Assembly (NCBI RefSeq): GCF_009914755.1
Contig: NC_060938.1
DNA from: the human T2T-CHM13v2.0 reference genome, Homo sapiens
Reading direction: 5' to 3' (one strand)
DNA length: 64,000 bases
In this document: in pieces, positions 12,747 to 26,455 of the stretch
How positions within the stretch are numbered: position 1 is the stretch's first letter
Layout of the letters: each line of letters opens with the position of its first letter
Notes under the pieces: generated by a model
What the model saw: the letters and a program-made list of their open reading frames with translations, nothing else
The model's database searches: none
Told to the model about the DNA's origin: nothing
Translations under genes and position numbers: made by a program

Positions 12747-13100
12747 ACTGTTCTCCACCTTGGCCGCACATTGCAATCACCTGGGGAGACTTTAAAAGTC
12801 TCCCAACCAATTAATCAGAATCTTTGGGCATGGGACCCCAGCATCAATGTATTATAAAGCTCCCCAGGAGATTCAGTTGCAATGAAGGTTGAACACATGG
12901 CTTTAAGCTCCCTGGCAGTTCTATTAGGCAGTGATGCTTGATGCTTGCTGCACATTAGAATCATCTGAGGAACCCTAAAAAAATACCTGTGCCTGGCCTC
13001 ATCCCCCTGGGTTGCAACGTCTGCAGTGGGTGGCTATTGTGGCTATTGTTATTTTGAACTTTCTTGATGATTCCACTAGATATCCAGGGTCGAGAAGCAC
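12747..13100. mobile_element. Two adjacent MER5-family MITEs (12747-12900 and 12929-13100)
   Basis: 'ttggccgcacattgcaatcacctggggagactttaaaa...agctccccaggagattca' and 'gctgcacattagaatcatctgaggaaccctaaaa...gatgattcc...gagaagcacag'. Confidence 0.75.
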
Positions 13101-13759
13101 AGCATGTCTTTGGCTCCAAGCAGGCTTGCTAGCCCTCGGAATGAAGCCCACCTCTCTACTTCTGGCTTTATCACTTGGCAAAAAAGCACTTGTTAAAAAT
13201 GCACACACATGTGGGTTTGCCCTCTTCATGGTTCAGCACCAGAATTTAAGCAGCTGGCGGACAAGACTTATCCTTGGAACAACATCCAACATTCCTACCC
13301 TAGGGCATATTGGAGTCTCTCAACCAATGAGGGCCCACAAATAAAGCAGTCAGCATTTACCTCCAGCAACTGCATTTAGGATTCTCTCACATGACAACAT
13401 TTCCTAAACAGGTAGTCAAAGCCAGAGAAAGAGATGCTGACTTTATTAAAATTCCTCTGGGCATGCCCACTGACTCACAACACATGCTCATTAATACAGC
13501 TGAGCAGGCATCCTCCCTTCCTCCTGCACGTGAGGCACATACACAGAAAGCCGGGCTGCCACTGGCATTCAGGATGGGGGAGCTGCTGCTCTGACGTGGC
13601 TGCTTTCGTTTGAGACTTCTTGGGGGCACTTTGATAACCAAATCTGAAATGGACACTGAGTCTACCTGGCCTTGTTCTGAGGTCCACTTTTCTCTGAATG
13701 ATGGTACATGGACACGACATTGCTTATCATCCTGTTCACTGTGCACCTGCTAATATAGC

Positions 13760-13925
13760 GTTCATTGCTGTATGGTTTTTTGGACCTTCTGGGAGTGCTT
13801 GTTACAAATGCTGGTACCTAGACCCCATCTCAACTCTCAGATTCTTTGAAAGGGGGTTGGGAATTTGAATCCTTAGCAAGCTCCCCAATTGTTTCCTAGG
13901 CCTTTGAAAGTGTGAGAGCCACTGC
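13760..13925. mobile_element. MER5A/B
   Basis: 'tgggagtgcttgttacaaatgc...ccttagcaagctcccca...tgaaagtgtgagagccactg'. Confidence 0.75.
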
Positions 13926-14087
13926 ACTAACAACTTTGTCATGGTTTAGAAAGCCTGGTTCCACCAGTTCTTAGGAATAAACCAAGTGAGAGCCTTGCAC
14001 TGTAGAGAATTGTGTTGGGAGGGTATGAATCAGGTAAGTCAGGAGAAAAGGGAATTGTGAGATGTCTAGGGAATGGGATAAGGGAGG

Positions 14088-14125
14088 GCATGCACATGCG
14101 CATGTGTGTGTGTACATGTGTGTGC
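14088..14125. repeat. 38-bp perfect purine-pyrimidine alternation (Z-DNA-prone)
   Basis: gcatgcacatgcgcatgtgtgtgtgtacatgtgtgtgc; contains the 14-bp palindrome cacatgcgcatgtg (14093-14106). Confidence 0.8.
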
Positions 14126-14189
14126 CTGTGTGTGGGTACATGCCTGTGGCCCACACTTGGGGGGCAGCTGTTACATTTGCTGCTTAGGT

Positions 14190-14480
14190 ATTCATAGCCA
14201 ATTGTTTTAACTGTTCCTTGCTTTATTAGCTTTTGCCAAGTAGTTCAGCTTTTACTAAGGGCACCCGGGTTTATGGCAGCAATATTTCTCACAGTGTCAG
14301 AGATAAAATATCAAGCTAATAACAGACTCCCTGCTAATGTAAATCGCACAAGGAAGGCAGTCTTGTTCAGGAGGAAGTCCTACCAGGGAATGCTAAGTCT
14401 TACGATTTTGAAACAGCAGTCGGTGGGATTGGATACACTTTGCACTTGCTAAGAAGATAAAATTAATGATTTGTGTTAAG
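14190..14480. promoter_or_regulatory. Candidate enhancer / conserved non-coding element
   Basis: No recognisable repeat; TTTATTA, TTTATGG, two AGATAA, two GCTAAT, AATTAATGA; function is inferred only. Confidence 0.35.
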
Positions 14481-15999
14481 TGGTAGCAGCTGCAGAAAAG
14501 AGCATTTTCCTACACCTGCCTCTTCCCAAGGGACTTGGGGGCTCCCAGAGGCTCAGACAAAGGGGCAGGGGCTTAACTGTGGGACTTAGGGAGAGATTTC
14601 CTCTCTCTCCTCCCCTCTCTTTTATTACCACTTCTCAGTCTCGATGGATATAGCAAGCCAATTGGTTTCCCTTATGGGTTATAAAGAGGAACCCGTTTTG
14701 GGATGTTGAGGGATCTGGGAAATAAGTCTCCTGGCAATTTCTGAGATTTCCTCTCTTCTCCCTGGTTACATCCAGGCACCTGCTGGGCAAACCGGCTGCC
14801 ACTTGTTGCAAAAAATGTTGACAATACCGAGGGAAACTGAGACTTGAAAGAACTGGAGGGAGCAAAGTGCTGCTTTTCTGTAGCATCAGGTCCCTGGGGA
14901 CAGGCCCTGAGTGTTGTACCTACTCTAGCTCTGAAGGGCCTGGGGCAGATGTGTCAGGGACTTCTGAGAAGATGGGGTTGTTTTCAAATGGGAAGGCCAT
15001 TAAAGGCTTTGGGACACTTGGGAGGCTGAGAGGGGATGCTCAGGAGAGGGAAAGGCCATGGGTGCTGGCTCAGCAACAGGGATCTGAAACTGCTGATGCT
15101 CTATTGAGACCTGAAGCACGGGTGATGGGGAAAAGCAGGCATCTTCTGATGCATGATTCTCCCAGCAACCAGAAGGCCCCACAACCTCTGGCTGATCTCT
15201 GACTACAGTCTTGACTGCGGCTCTTGCCCATCCTAGGGTCACTGGAATCAGATGTCCATCTTCCCAACTCCAGAAGGTTGGCCTAAGTCTCATGTCCTTT
15301 GTATTTGCTCCTAAAATCAGGCCCCACTCTTACCTGGGGCCTGGTCTCCTCCCTACCTGGTCTCCTGGTCTGCCTCAGTAATTCTCATAATCACTTGCTA
15401 TTTCCACTGGGGAAAAATTGGAGGGAAATGTCAGCTCCGTGTGAATCAAGTCAGCTTCATTGACTCCTTGAAACAGTTGCAGTGGCCCTGTGGAATAGGG
15501 GGCAGGTATTAGGGCCCCCATTTTCTGGGTGAGGAAACAGGATCAGGGAAGTTAAATGGCTTCCATTCACACAGAGAACACAATACAACTGGGGTGAGAT
15601 GAGCTCTTCTGACTTCTCAATCTGTGATCCTTCTAACACCCCACCTTACCCAGGGGAGCCTTGCACTGTTACTGCACTGTCTGCACCTGCTCAGATAACT
15701 CTGCCCAAACCACCTAACCCACCATGCCTCCATGCCACAGGACATGTGGTTGAGACACAAACAGCTCTGAGACTAAATGCCTGCCCCCAAGTGAGCTGGA
15801 GACAATGAAAATCTCTACCTGGTAACCCAGTGGGAGGGAGCAGGAGCAGGTGGCATGTGGGCAGAGGCTTGTCCACTAAATGTGGAAAGAAAAGCAGTCA
15901 TGTTTTTACGTGCAGGGAAGGAATGAGGACTTTGCTGACGGCAAAGGGTGATGGATGGTGTGGGAGACTGCATGGGGCGTGAGTAGTAATGTGATAGAG

Positions 16000-16325
16000 G
16001 GTGCACATTACAGGCAATTACAATTTGAATAAGTTATCAATGGAAAGAAGTAGAGGAGTGGAAAACTGTTTTATTAACCCCCTGAAGTTACGTTCACAGC
16101 ATTTTGAAAAAGTTTATGAATTGCCGTCAATTACAATCCCGGCGACAAATGCGGATGCTGGGAGAATCCCTGATTGCAGCTTCTGTAGCAGGCAATGTTT
16201 TATGGGGACAATTTAAAACAACAGTCTTATGTATTTTAAAACAGCAAAGGAGGAAGAAAAAGGAAGTGCTCAGGGAGCATAGTGAATTTACCTGCTCGTG
16301 AGCAATAAATCTTACTTATGATTTT
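16000..16325. promoter_or_regulatory. Candidate enhancer / conserved non-coding element
   Basis: No recognisable repeat; CAATTACAAT twice, TTTATGA/TTTATGG/CAATAAA Hox-Cdx-type sites; 5 CpGs within 16091-16153. Confidence 0.5.
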
Positions 16326-16959
16326 TCGGTGTTATCTGTTTTTCTTCTTTTGATAGTGTACAACATTTCTCCAGGCATACTGCCTGGGCCTAAGATGTGT
16401 CCTGTATGTTATCCCACGGAGTGTTTTACCAAGCCACTCCCTGGATGATAATAGAGCTCCAAATAGAGACAAGACAATGTATACTTTCTAAGCTGTTGCC
16501 ACGCTGAAATTTCCCCTTCATTCCCCTACCCATATTCCCATTTCCAGATAGCAAAAGGTAAGGTGGAATACAAGACATGCATCCCTGCTTGAGGACTCCC
16601 ACAGAGCTCTGTTGTCCTCCAACAGACCTGACCCTGTTGTGCCACAAAACTCTCTGATTATTTATTATCTTCACCACCAAACTAGAGCCCCTTGAGGCCT
16701 TAGTCTCTGTGACGTTGGGAACAGCATTTAGCTTGGAATCAGGAGTCCTTGGTTGTATTTTGAGAGCTGCTGCAGGCTGGCTGTGTACTTAGTATATCAG
16801 AAGCTCGTGATTTCCTCACCATTGAAAGGGAGATAAAATTGCCCAACCTCCCTGGCTCAAAAGGTTGGATAATAAGAAGTGAGAGAAGGGAAATACAAAG
16901 AAGAGTGGAGTCGTTGCAGAAGGGTTTGTGGAGGGGGCGAGAGGGTACTAGGATGCTAT

Positions 16960-17130
16960 GTGGTTTCCATGTATTACCTCATTTAGCTCATAAGTATATG
17001 GAGTAGGTATTCCCATTTTGTAGATGAGGAAACTGATGTTCTGAGAGATTAACTGAATCACTCTAGGAAAAACGTGTCGGAAGTCAGTTGAGCCCAGGTG
17101 TGCATGGCATCAAAGCTCATGTTTTTCACC
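16960..17130 (-). mobile_element. MIR
   Basis: 'gtaggtattcccattttgtagatgaggaaactgatgttctgagagattaactga'. Confidence 0.8.
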
Positions 17131-17174
17131 ACACCAGGTCCTCTGTGTTTTCTCAGATACAGAACTATTCATTA

Positions 17175-17295
17175 CCGTCACCTGGGAACAGCTTGGAAAT
17201 GCTAATTCTTGGCTCAGCCTACACCTATGCATTCAGAGGCTACGGTTAACAAGATTCCCAGGGGATTCCTATACACATTCTAAGTTGAGAAGCAT
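17175..17295. mobile_element. MER5A fragment
   Basis: 'tcacctgggaacagcttggaaatgctaattcttgg...aacaagattcccaggggattcctatacacattctaagttgagaagca'. Confidence 0.75.
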
Positions 17296-17623
17296 AAAAC
17301 TTGGGGACAAAAGCCTCCCCTATTTGAATCTGACCCCTCCATTTGTTGGCCAGTTGACACTGAATAAGTCTGTACTTTAGTTTACTCTTTCAAGGGCTTG
17401 CGATAAGGATTCCAAGATGTGGAAATGCCTAACACAACATTCAGCTCAACACATGAAACATGAAGTTCACTGCTCATCTCACTAGGTGTGGCCTGTAAGT
17501 TTGCTCAGGAAGCATGGGAGAAACTAACATCTTATTCTTAATCTTCACTCTTCCCCCATATGGTTCTTGGGGATGAGGAAAATGTTACCTTGGAGTGTAA
17601 GGCTGCGTATCATTCTTTGGGGC

Positions 17624-17785
17624 CATGCTTCTCAAAGTGTGGTCCCCGGACCAACAGCATCTGTATCACTTGGGAACCTACTGGAAATGCAGAATCTCGG
17701 GCCAGCACCCTAGACCTGTTGAATTAGAAACTCTGGGGGCGGAATCCACCTCTCTGTGTTTTCATGAGCTCTGTGGGTGACTGTA
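17624..17785. mobile_element. MER5A
   Basis: 'cttctcaaagtgtggtccccggaccaacagcatctgtatcacttgggaacct...gaaatgcagaatctcgggcc...gaattagaaactctgggg'. Confidence 0.9.
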
Positions 17786-17969
17786 GCACCACAACTTTAG
17801 GGGTTTGGAGGTCAGACACCTGAGAAGTAGCTGGTGAGGGTAGGATATTTGCAGGTGCTGGACTCCAGAGGCTGTCCTTTGTGGCAGACCCCAAGTGCTC
17901 CAGTGGGCACCGAGGTCATGTTACAACTAAATGATCATGTAAAGGTGGTCACTGTGCAGAGGGCACACA

Positions 17970-18230
17970 AGCAGCCAATTTATTAACCAAGAGCAACTTT
18001 CTGTAAATTAAAAATTGTTAGTGATCAGTTTTGAAGCGTTGAGAGCCTATCAGGGACCACATGCCTGGAATGAGCATTTACCATGTGGTGCCTTTAGAAG
18101 CTAATATTGATTCTCATTATTTTAAATGATTACAAACATTGCAGGTGTTTTGTAATAATCTCCATTGTCTAATTAGAACATGCGTGAAATGAGCTCATTG
18201 TGCCTGCTAACGAATATTGGTTCGAACAGC
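17970..18230. promoter_or_regulatory. Candidate enhancer / conserved non-coding element
   Basis: No recognisable repeat; two SOX-type CATTGT, palindrome TCTAATTAGA, E-box CAGGTG, CAATTTATTA. Confidence 0.4.
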
Positions 18231-18854
18231 AGAGCTCTGGTGCAGGGGCAAGACTGGGGCTGTCTGGCCAAGTTGCCGGCCAATGTTACCCCTTTTTCTC
18301 CCTAAATTATGAATCCTGGGGATACAGGACATTTTGACAGGCAGTTATTCATGGGGAGGCCTAACCTGATTTGGGCCTGCTCCAGCCTTCAGTGCCTATT
18401 CCCATCAGGATATTAGCTGGGAAATGTGGAATGAGTGTCAGCAATTTGGGAGCCCTTTCTTCCTTTCCGAGTCCCCATTTATCTTCTTCCACAATTTCTC
18501 CCACATGTTCATTTTAAAGTAGCTCTCTATCTAAATGCTTTAGGATAAATCTGGATTGTGTGTCACTCATTTTAGCTTTCAATTACATGCGGTCTAGTTA
18601 TAGGCTTTCAGTTGCTTCATGTCTTAGTATTATTTCTCCAGCAGGACTGTAAGCTCCTTGAAGACAAAAGATATGTCCCATCCTTGCTTTGCATTCCCCT
18701 TCAAGGACTAGCAAGTGCTTCATAGACACTCAATATAGGATAGCTGTTGTTACCAGTATTATTCCTAGTCATTGTCAAATGAATGAATAACACAACTCAG
18801 GGTGCTACTGTGTGCTCAGTGGGTGTTTCATATTTGCATGCATATTTTAATTTA

Positions 18855-19800
<946 letters not shown>

Positions 19801-19859
19801 GAGGGTTTCTATACAATGTGAGAGCATTATATGCTTTTCTTTCCTTGCTTCTGAAAACA

Positions 19860-21320
19860 TTAAAATAGAAAAATCTGGAGAATAATACAAACCCCTAAAA
19901 CCCCATTACCCAGAATGAACAAATATTTACATTGTATCTTATGTACTTCAGATCTATTTTTATTATAAAAATTAAAAAAATTACAGGTAAAGTTTCTCCA
20001 CTTAGTTCCATCCACTACTCCATTGCCAGAGGCAATCTTTGCCAGGAATTGGCATTTATCACAGTAGTCCAGACTTTCCTATGTTAGTCTCATAGTTAAG
20101 TGTTCATAAACATTATATAGTACTCACAGAAATGGTTTCTATAGTTTTCTGCAAATTGTTCTACATAGTGTTGATATGTTTAGCTCTAGGGCATCTATTT
20201 TTGCCTGCTGTATAGTGTTCTATCAATAAATATACTACATTCCTTTCTTCTAGTAGTAGACATTTAGATTGTTTACAGTTATTAGCTTTTGCAAACATTT
20301 CAGTTTTTGCATACATGAATGAGGACCTTTCTAGGATATATACTAGAAATGGAATTTTTAGTCTTAAGGAATACATATTTTCAAATTTATTACATACTGC
20401 CGAAGACTTTCTGAAGTGATTGTACCAACTAAAATTCCCACCAATAGTAGACGTTCTCTTTCTCCATGTCTTCTCCAACACTTGCTATTATGGGCCTTAT
20501 AAATTTAGCCACTCTGATGTGGGTGATTTTTCTTTGCATTTCTTTGATTACCAGAAAGAAAGAGCAACTTTTTATCTGGGTATTGGTCTTGAGGTTCCCT
20601 TTTCTGTGAGTTATTTGTTCATATGCTTTGCTCATTTTTCTCTTGGGTTGTTTGTCATTATTTTTCCTAGATTTGTTGGAATTCTTTATTATTCTGGATA
20701 ACCACTCCTTTCACTGGAAAGGATTATATAATATCTTTCCCAGTGTATCTCTTGTCATTTAACTTTTTGGTATTTTTCTTTTTTTTTTTTTTTTGCCAAA
20801 AAGAGGTTTTAACATTTTGATGTTGGCAAATTTATTAATTTGGCTCTCCATAGGTTGTATTTTTTATGCCTTATTAAAAAAAATCTCCTCCTATTTCGGT
20901 GTCATAAACATAGTAGGCATTGCCATACAAAAATTAGCCAGGTGTGTTGGCGAGCACCTGTAGTCCTAGCTATTTGGAAGGCTGAGGCAGGATAATTGGT
21001 TGAATCCGGGAGGCAGAGGATTGCAGTGAACCGAGATCGCACCACTGCACTCCAGCCTGGGCAACAGAGTCAGACTCTGTCTTAAAAGAAAAAAAAAAAA
21101 AAGATAGCAGGCATTGCCTTATATTTTCTTCTAATAGTCTTAAAGTTTTTCTTCTGACCATTAGGTCTCTAGTGCAGCAGAATATATTTTTGTGTGTGGT
21201 GCAAGAAGTAGGGAATATGATTCTCTTATTTATTTTCTTCCTTTGAAAGCCAATTACCCCACAGTATTTGTTGAACAATCCATCCCTTGCTCACTAACTT
21301 ACAGTGCTCTTTTCACTATG
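19860..21320 (-). mobile_element. Old L1 (L1ME-like) fragment
   Basis: T-rich reverse L1 3'UTR/ORF2 end: 'gacatttagattgtttacag...tctaggatatatactagaaatggaatt...ctccaacacttgctatt...ctttgctcatttttc'. Confidence 0.8.
20925..21100 (+). mobile_element. 5'-truncated AluS (right arm only)
   Basis: Begins in the A-rich linker 'atacaaaaattagcc'; TSD aaa(c/g)atag(t/c)aggcattgcc at 20906-20924 and 21100-21118. Confidence 0.95.
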
Positions 21321-22256
21321 TTCCCAGCTCCTCTATATGTCCTTATCTCTGGAAGGTCTCTTTCCTGGCTCTTGCTCTGTGTGTTTCCACTGGGTAAGCA
21401 CTACAAAGAAGCCAACACTTTACCCTGCCCCCATGCCCATGTAGCACCATTGGTGACCTTCTCCTAGTAACTCTAGATAGCTCCAGTTGAGTCTGAGCCC
21501 ACCATGACCCCTGGTTGAAGAAACCTGGTCTCCTGGCTGGGCTGTTTATTGGCGGGGTTGGGGAGGGGTGTGGGATTTACCCTCCACACTGTCAACAGGC
21601 TTTGTGCGGACATCAGGGCACAAAAAGCAACTCCTTGGATTTTCTGCCATCTCAGAAATCACTTTGAGATAAGAGAGATTTGTATTTAACTGAGAGACTG
21701 AGTGAGGACATAAGGGGAAAACATCTCAGTGGTTGCAAGCTTTGTGGCACCTGAGACCTAGATGTAAGCAGAGAGCACGGCTATCAGCTGGGCAGGCCCT
21801 TGAGGGGCTTGCTGTCATCAGGAAGGCTCTGCAAAGGCACAGAAGTCAGGCTTCATCTTTCTCTAACTTGGGGGAGAGAAGCTGTTTTGCTCCCCTCAAA
21901 TCTGCATGCAATCTGCTCCTGTCAACACAGTGATCCAAGAGCTTCAGCCATTGAAAGGAGGATGGGATTGGGCTGGGAATTTCTGACTCTTCCTTAAGGT
22001 CATGAGCAGGGAGTAAGGATCGATCACATTCCCTGCAAAAGGGGTAAAATTCTAGATTCTTAGGACTAGAAGGACATGCCAGATGATCTTGTCCAACATG
22101 GATTTTTATTCTTATAGATGAGGAAACCGGACTGGAGAGAGGCTGAGTAGCTGGTGCAAGTTATAATGCTAAGGAAAGTCAGGGAAAGCACAAGACCCCA
22201 CGTCTCTGGTTCCCACACACGTTCACTTTTCACTGCAGTGCTCTCTTTGACTGGGG

Positions 22257-22602
22257 TGTCTTAGAGTCCATTTGGGCTACTAAAACAAAATACCGTAGAT
22301 TGAGTGGCTTGTAAATGACAGAAATTTATTCATCACAGTTCTGGAGGCTGGAAAGTCCAAGATCAAGGCACCAGCAGATTCTGTGTCTGGTGAGGGCCTG
22401 CTTTCTGGTTCATAGCATTTTCTTGCTGTGTCCTCACATGGTGGAAGGGGCAAGGCAGCTCTCCGGGGACTGTTTTATAAGGGCGTAGTCCCATTCATGA
22501 GGGTATTACTCTCGTGATCTAACTACCTCCAAAGGCTGGGGTCACATTGGTGATCAGGTTTCAACACATGAATTTTGGGGGAACACAAACATTTAGACCC
22601 TG
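22257..22602 (-). mobile_element. MLT1A0-like solo LTR
   Basis: 'tgtcttagagtccatttgggctac...cacagttctggaggctggaaagtccaagatcaaggcaccagcagattc...tcaacacatgaattttgggggaacacaaacatt'. Confidence 0.9.
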
Positions 22603-23224
22603 AGAAAAAACTATTTTGAAGAAAAAAAAATCTGCAAACATTTTAAATGTATATCCCTTCCTCTGGTGGCTTGAAGAGGATAAAGGAGTCTAGGCATTTG
22701 GGACTAAGGGAGAGACAGCAATTCCAGAGATGTTTGTACCTGGAAATGGGCAATTTCTATATCCTCGGAGATGAGCCTCAGGGGAGGTACAGATTGAAAT
22801 TCGTAAGGGGATAAAATAAAACTACAGTCCTGAACTTCTGGTTCCTCATAGAAAAAGGCAGTCAGAGTGCACTGGGTAGTTTATGAAGGCTGACTTCAGT
22901 TTATGATTATATTCCTTAAAAAGGCCATTCATAAACCAGACCTTTAAAAATGAAGTCCTTTATTTTTTCTCAGTGACCTGCACTATTATTTCAAAAGTCT
23001 TCTAGCTTCATTTCTGATTGATATTTACTTGTCATTGACTGTTCACACTGTAGCTTTAGGTTCTTTTGTTGCCGTCTAATAGATTTGCCCAAAAGGAAAG
23101 CTACTATTAATGAAAATCTGTTTGAAATAGGAAGCATCCATTTGAAATACGAATGATCATCTAATTTACTTATCTCTGTATCTTCAAAAGGTGGAAGCCT
23201 CTGTAGACATCTGGAGTTTGGAAG

Positions 23225-23360
23225 AGAAAATGGCATAGTATCACATCCATTGTATTCCACTGGTCAAAGCAGCCATAGGACCCAAAGCAGCCATAGGATC
23301 CAGAGGACACAGACCCTGTCTCTTGATGAGAGAAGTATGAAAGAATATGTGGTTGCCACA
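23225..23360 (-). mobile_element. MLT1 LTR fragment containing an 18-bp tandem duplication
   Basis: 'tggcatagtatcacatccattgtattccactggtcaaagcagcca...tctcttgatgagagaagt'; caaagcagccatagga(c/t)c twice at 23265-23300. Confidence 0.65.
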
Positions 23361-24398
23361 CTTCCTTTCCCTGTGAAATTCAGAGCAGACATTTGCCCCA
23401 GACTGTTGTCCCAGCCTCTCCCATCTAGCCACTCCTAGTCTATTGAAACCAAATCATTCATCTTTGAGAGATGAGATGCCAAAGTCTCACTGCCTCTTTC
23501 GCTCCCCATGCAGCTGAATGCTTAGTACTCAGTCCTAAGACAGATACAATCTCGAATGATCATTGGGACAATTTTCTAAAGAATTGTCCCTCAGCTGTTA
23601 GAATACTTTTGGATACATGAAGAGTTCTAGGACTAGGTTTCCCTGTTTCTAGAAGAGCTTACATCACCTTTTGGCATCCAGTGTCTTACCATGCCTGAAA
23701 GATGTGTGTTTGCTAAACATTCTCTCTTTATTGCAAGTGACTGTTATGGAATAAAAATTCAACAACCAGTAAGAAGGTTTATGTGCTCTCTGAAGGAACA
23801 AGGACTAGAAAATCTCTGCAGGGACCAGGCTTTTAATTGAGTAAGACATCAGTGTAAAGTAAGAAAACAGAGGTAGTGGCTACCAAGGGGCTGAGGGAAT
23901 CTGTTCTCCAGGTTGAGACCTGAGTGGTCAGCACACAAGTCTCAGGGAGTGACACCGAACAAGGTGAGGCAGAGAAACCAGGAGACCCTACCTTGAACCA
24001 GGTAAGAAGAAAGAGGCTGCAGCCACTACGTATGTGTGAACCCTCCCCACCTTTTGAAAATTATCCATTAAGCCAACATTATCTCTTTGCCTGGATCATG
24101 ACCATAGACTCCTAATTGGTTTCCTCATGTCCTTAACTAAATTCATGTTTTCAAAATAAAATATTTTCACGTTAAATCCACCTTTCTCCCCTGCCAAAGT
24201 TTCCAAAACGCTTAGGATGAAAACAAAACCATATAAGGCTGCCTATCTTGTTCCCTTATCTCTCCCTTTGAGGGAGCACAGTGAGAGATGGGAGAACAAG
24301 ATAGGCAGGAGCTGGCTTGTGCAATAGGCTCTAACCATATTGACTTTTTTTTTTTTAATCAGGCCTCATATGAACCCATTTCTTTCAGTCATAGAGTC

Positions 24399-24712
24399 TT
24401 TTTTGTTTTTGTTTTTGTTTTCTCCTGAGACAGAATCTCACTCTATTACCCAGGCGGGAGTGCAGTGGCACAATCCTGGCTCACTGCCACCTCCACCTCA
24501 AACTGGGTTCAAGTGATCCTCCCACCTCAGCCTGCCAAGTAGCTGGGATTATAGGCACGTACCACTATGCCTGGCTAATTTTTGTATTTTTTAGTAGAGA
24601 CTGGGTTTTGCCATGTTGGCCAGGCTGGTCTTGAACTGCTGGCCTGAAGTGATCCACCCACCTTGGCCTCCCAAAGTGCTGGGATTACAGGCATTAGCCA
24701 CCACGCCCTGCC
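24399..24712 (-). mobile_element. AluJb-like
   Basis: Reverse dimer with J features 'gatcctcccacctcagcc' and 'ggcctgaagtgatcc'; degenerate TSD atagagtcttt/acagagccttt. Confidence 0.93.
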
Positions 24713-26075
24713 AACAGAGCCTTTACATACGCTGTTCCCTCTACCTAGAATGCTTTTCCTTTTCTCCTTTTCTGAGATTTTACGGATACGTCATTTATCA
24801 ATCTTTAATACATGATTGGTAAGGAGAGTTGAGGCATTCAGAGAATCATATAACCGTAATAGGAAAAGGGCTAGCTCCAGCTGCTTCCAGCACTAGGCAA
24901 CAGTTGAGCTCCTTCATTCATTGTAGCATTCAGGTTTGTTCCATTTGTGGTGGAAGTTGGCTAAGTCTGAGGGCAACTTTAAACTTTCCTTTAAAGGCAG
25001 CCTCAGAGACAGGTGGCGAAAAATCTTAACTTAGTTCTGGAGAATGTTTGATGAGAGAGGAGAATTTTACAACTGTGATTGCAAAGGGAAAGGCCAATTG
25101 TTGACACAGAAATTCTCACCCACTTTGCCTTCATGGGCTTGGTTGGCCCTCTCTCTTCTCTGATGATCTTACAAGCCTTAAAAAATCTCTGGATCCTAAC
25201 TTTCTGGATATTACGTAGATGTGATTTATCCAGGGTCACCCAGTGAGTTAATAAGAGAGATGGGACTAGAATCCAAGCCTCTTGACAACTAGTCCAGCTT
25301 GCCCTTATTCTCCTGATGAGGAATATGGGCAAGTCAGGAATAGATATGAGATATTTCAATTCTATGCCTCACCTCAAACATCCACAAGGAACCAAATATA
25401 CATTACTTTCCTCAATCCTAGAAAGGAACAAACTTGGGACTCCTCCCAGGTCTTCAGTGACTCCCATACCCCTTTAGTCCTTGCTTCCACCTTTGAATTC
25501 TCTGCTTTTGCATTCACCCAGTCTCCCTCCAAGTGGAAACTCATTCCTCGGGGTAATCAATGTCCCTCTCAGCCAGAACCCCGTTACCAGGGAAACCATT
25601 CCAGGCAGCCGACTTTGACTCATTGAGATGCAGCTGCAGAACCCAGGGCCTGTGTAAGGGCAACTGCTATCAGAGTGGGCAGTTTTTGGCAACTCTGGAG
25701 TGTATTGTACCAAATGGGACATAGTAATTATGTATTTGTGGCTTTCATTATATGCCAGTTTAATTGTCACAAATTCATTGTTGTTTCTAAGTTTTTATTT
25801 TATTTTTTTCTGGACTACTCAGCAAAAAAGGGAAATTGGTGCCATAGGGCAGGTGTCTTTCTGGAAGAGACACTCACTTGGATGAAAAAATAAATGCAGT
25901 GACTTAACGTCATTTGATTGGTCAGGAAATTTTCCCTATATGGCAGGGGAACAACCCTGACATGGGTGCCTCTGGGCCCTCACCAAGGGCCTAGAGCTGT
26001 GTCAATATGAAAATCGACAATAGAAGGTGAATTGGGTTTGACATGATGGGCTGTCATCCCCCTTGAAGACAGGGG

Positions 26076-26455
26076 TGTATTAGTCAGTTTTCATGCTGCT
26101 GATAAAGACATACCTGCGACTTGGCAGTTTACAAAGGAAAGAGATTTAATGAAGAACTCGTGGTTTCACGTGGCTAAGGAAGCCTCACAATCATGGGGGA
26201 AGACAAGGAGGAGCAAGTCACATCTTATGTGGATGGCAGCAGGCAGAGAGAGAGAACTTGTGCGGGCAAACTCCCTTTTTATTTTTAAACCATCGGATCT
26301 CACGAAACTCATTCACTATCAAGAGAACAGCGCAGGAAAGGCCCGCCGCCATAAATCAGTCACCTCCCACCAGGTTCTTCCCACCACATGTGGGAATTGT
26401 GGGAGTTACAATTCTAGATGAGATTTGGATGGGGACACAGAGCCATATCATATCA
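26076..26455 (-). mobile_element. THE1 (B/C) solo LTR
   Basis: 'tgtattagtcagttttcatgctgctgataaagacatacc ... ggggacacagagccatatcatatca'; 5-bp TSD agggg/aggga. Confidence 0.95.
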
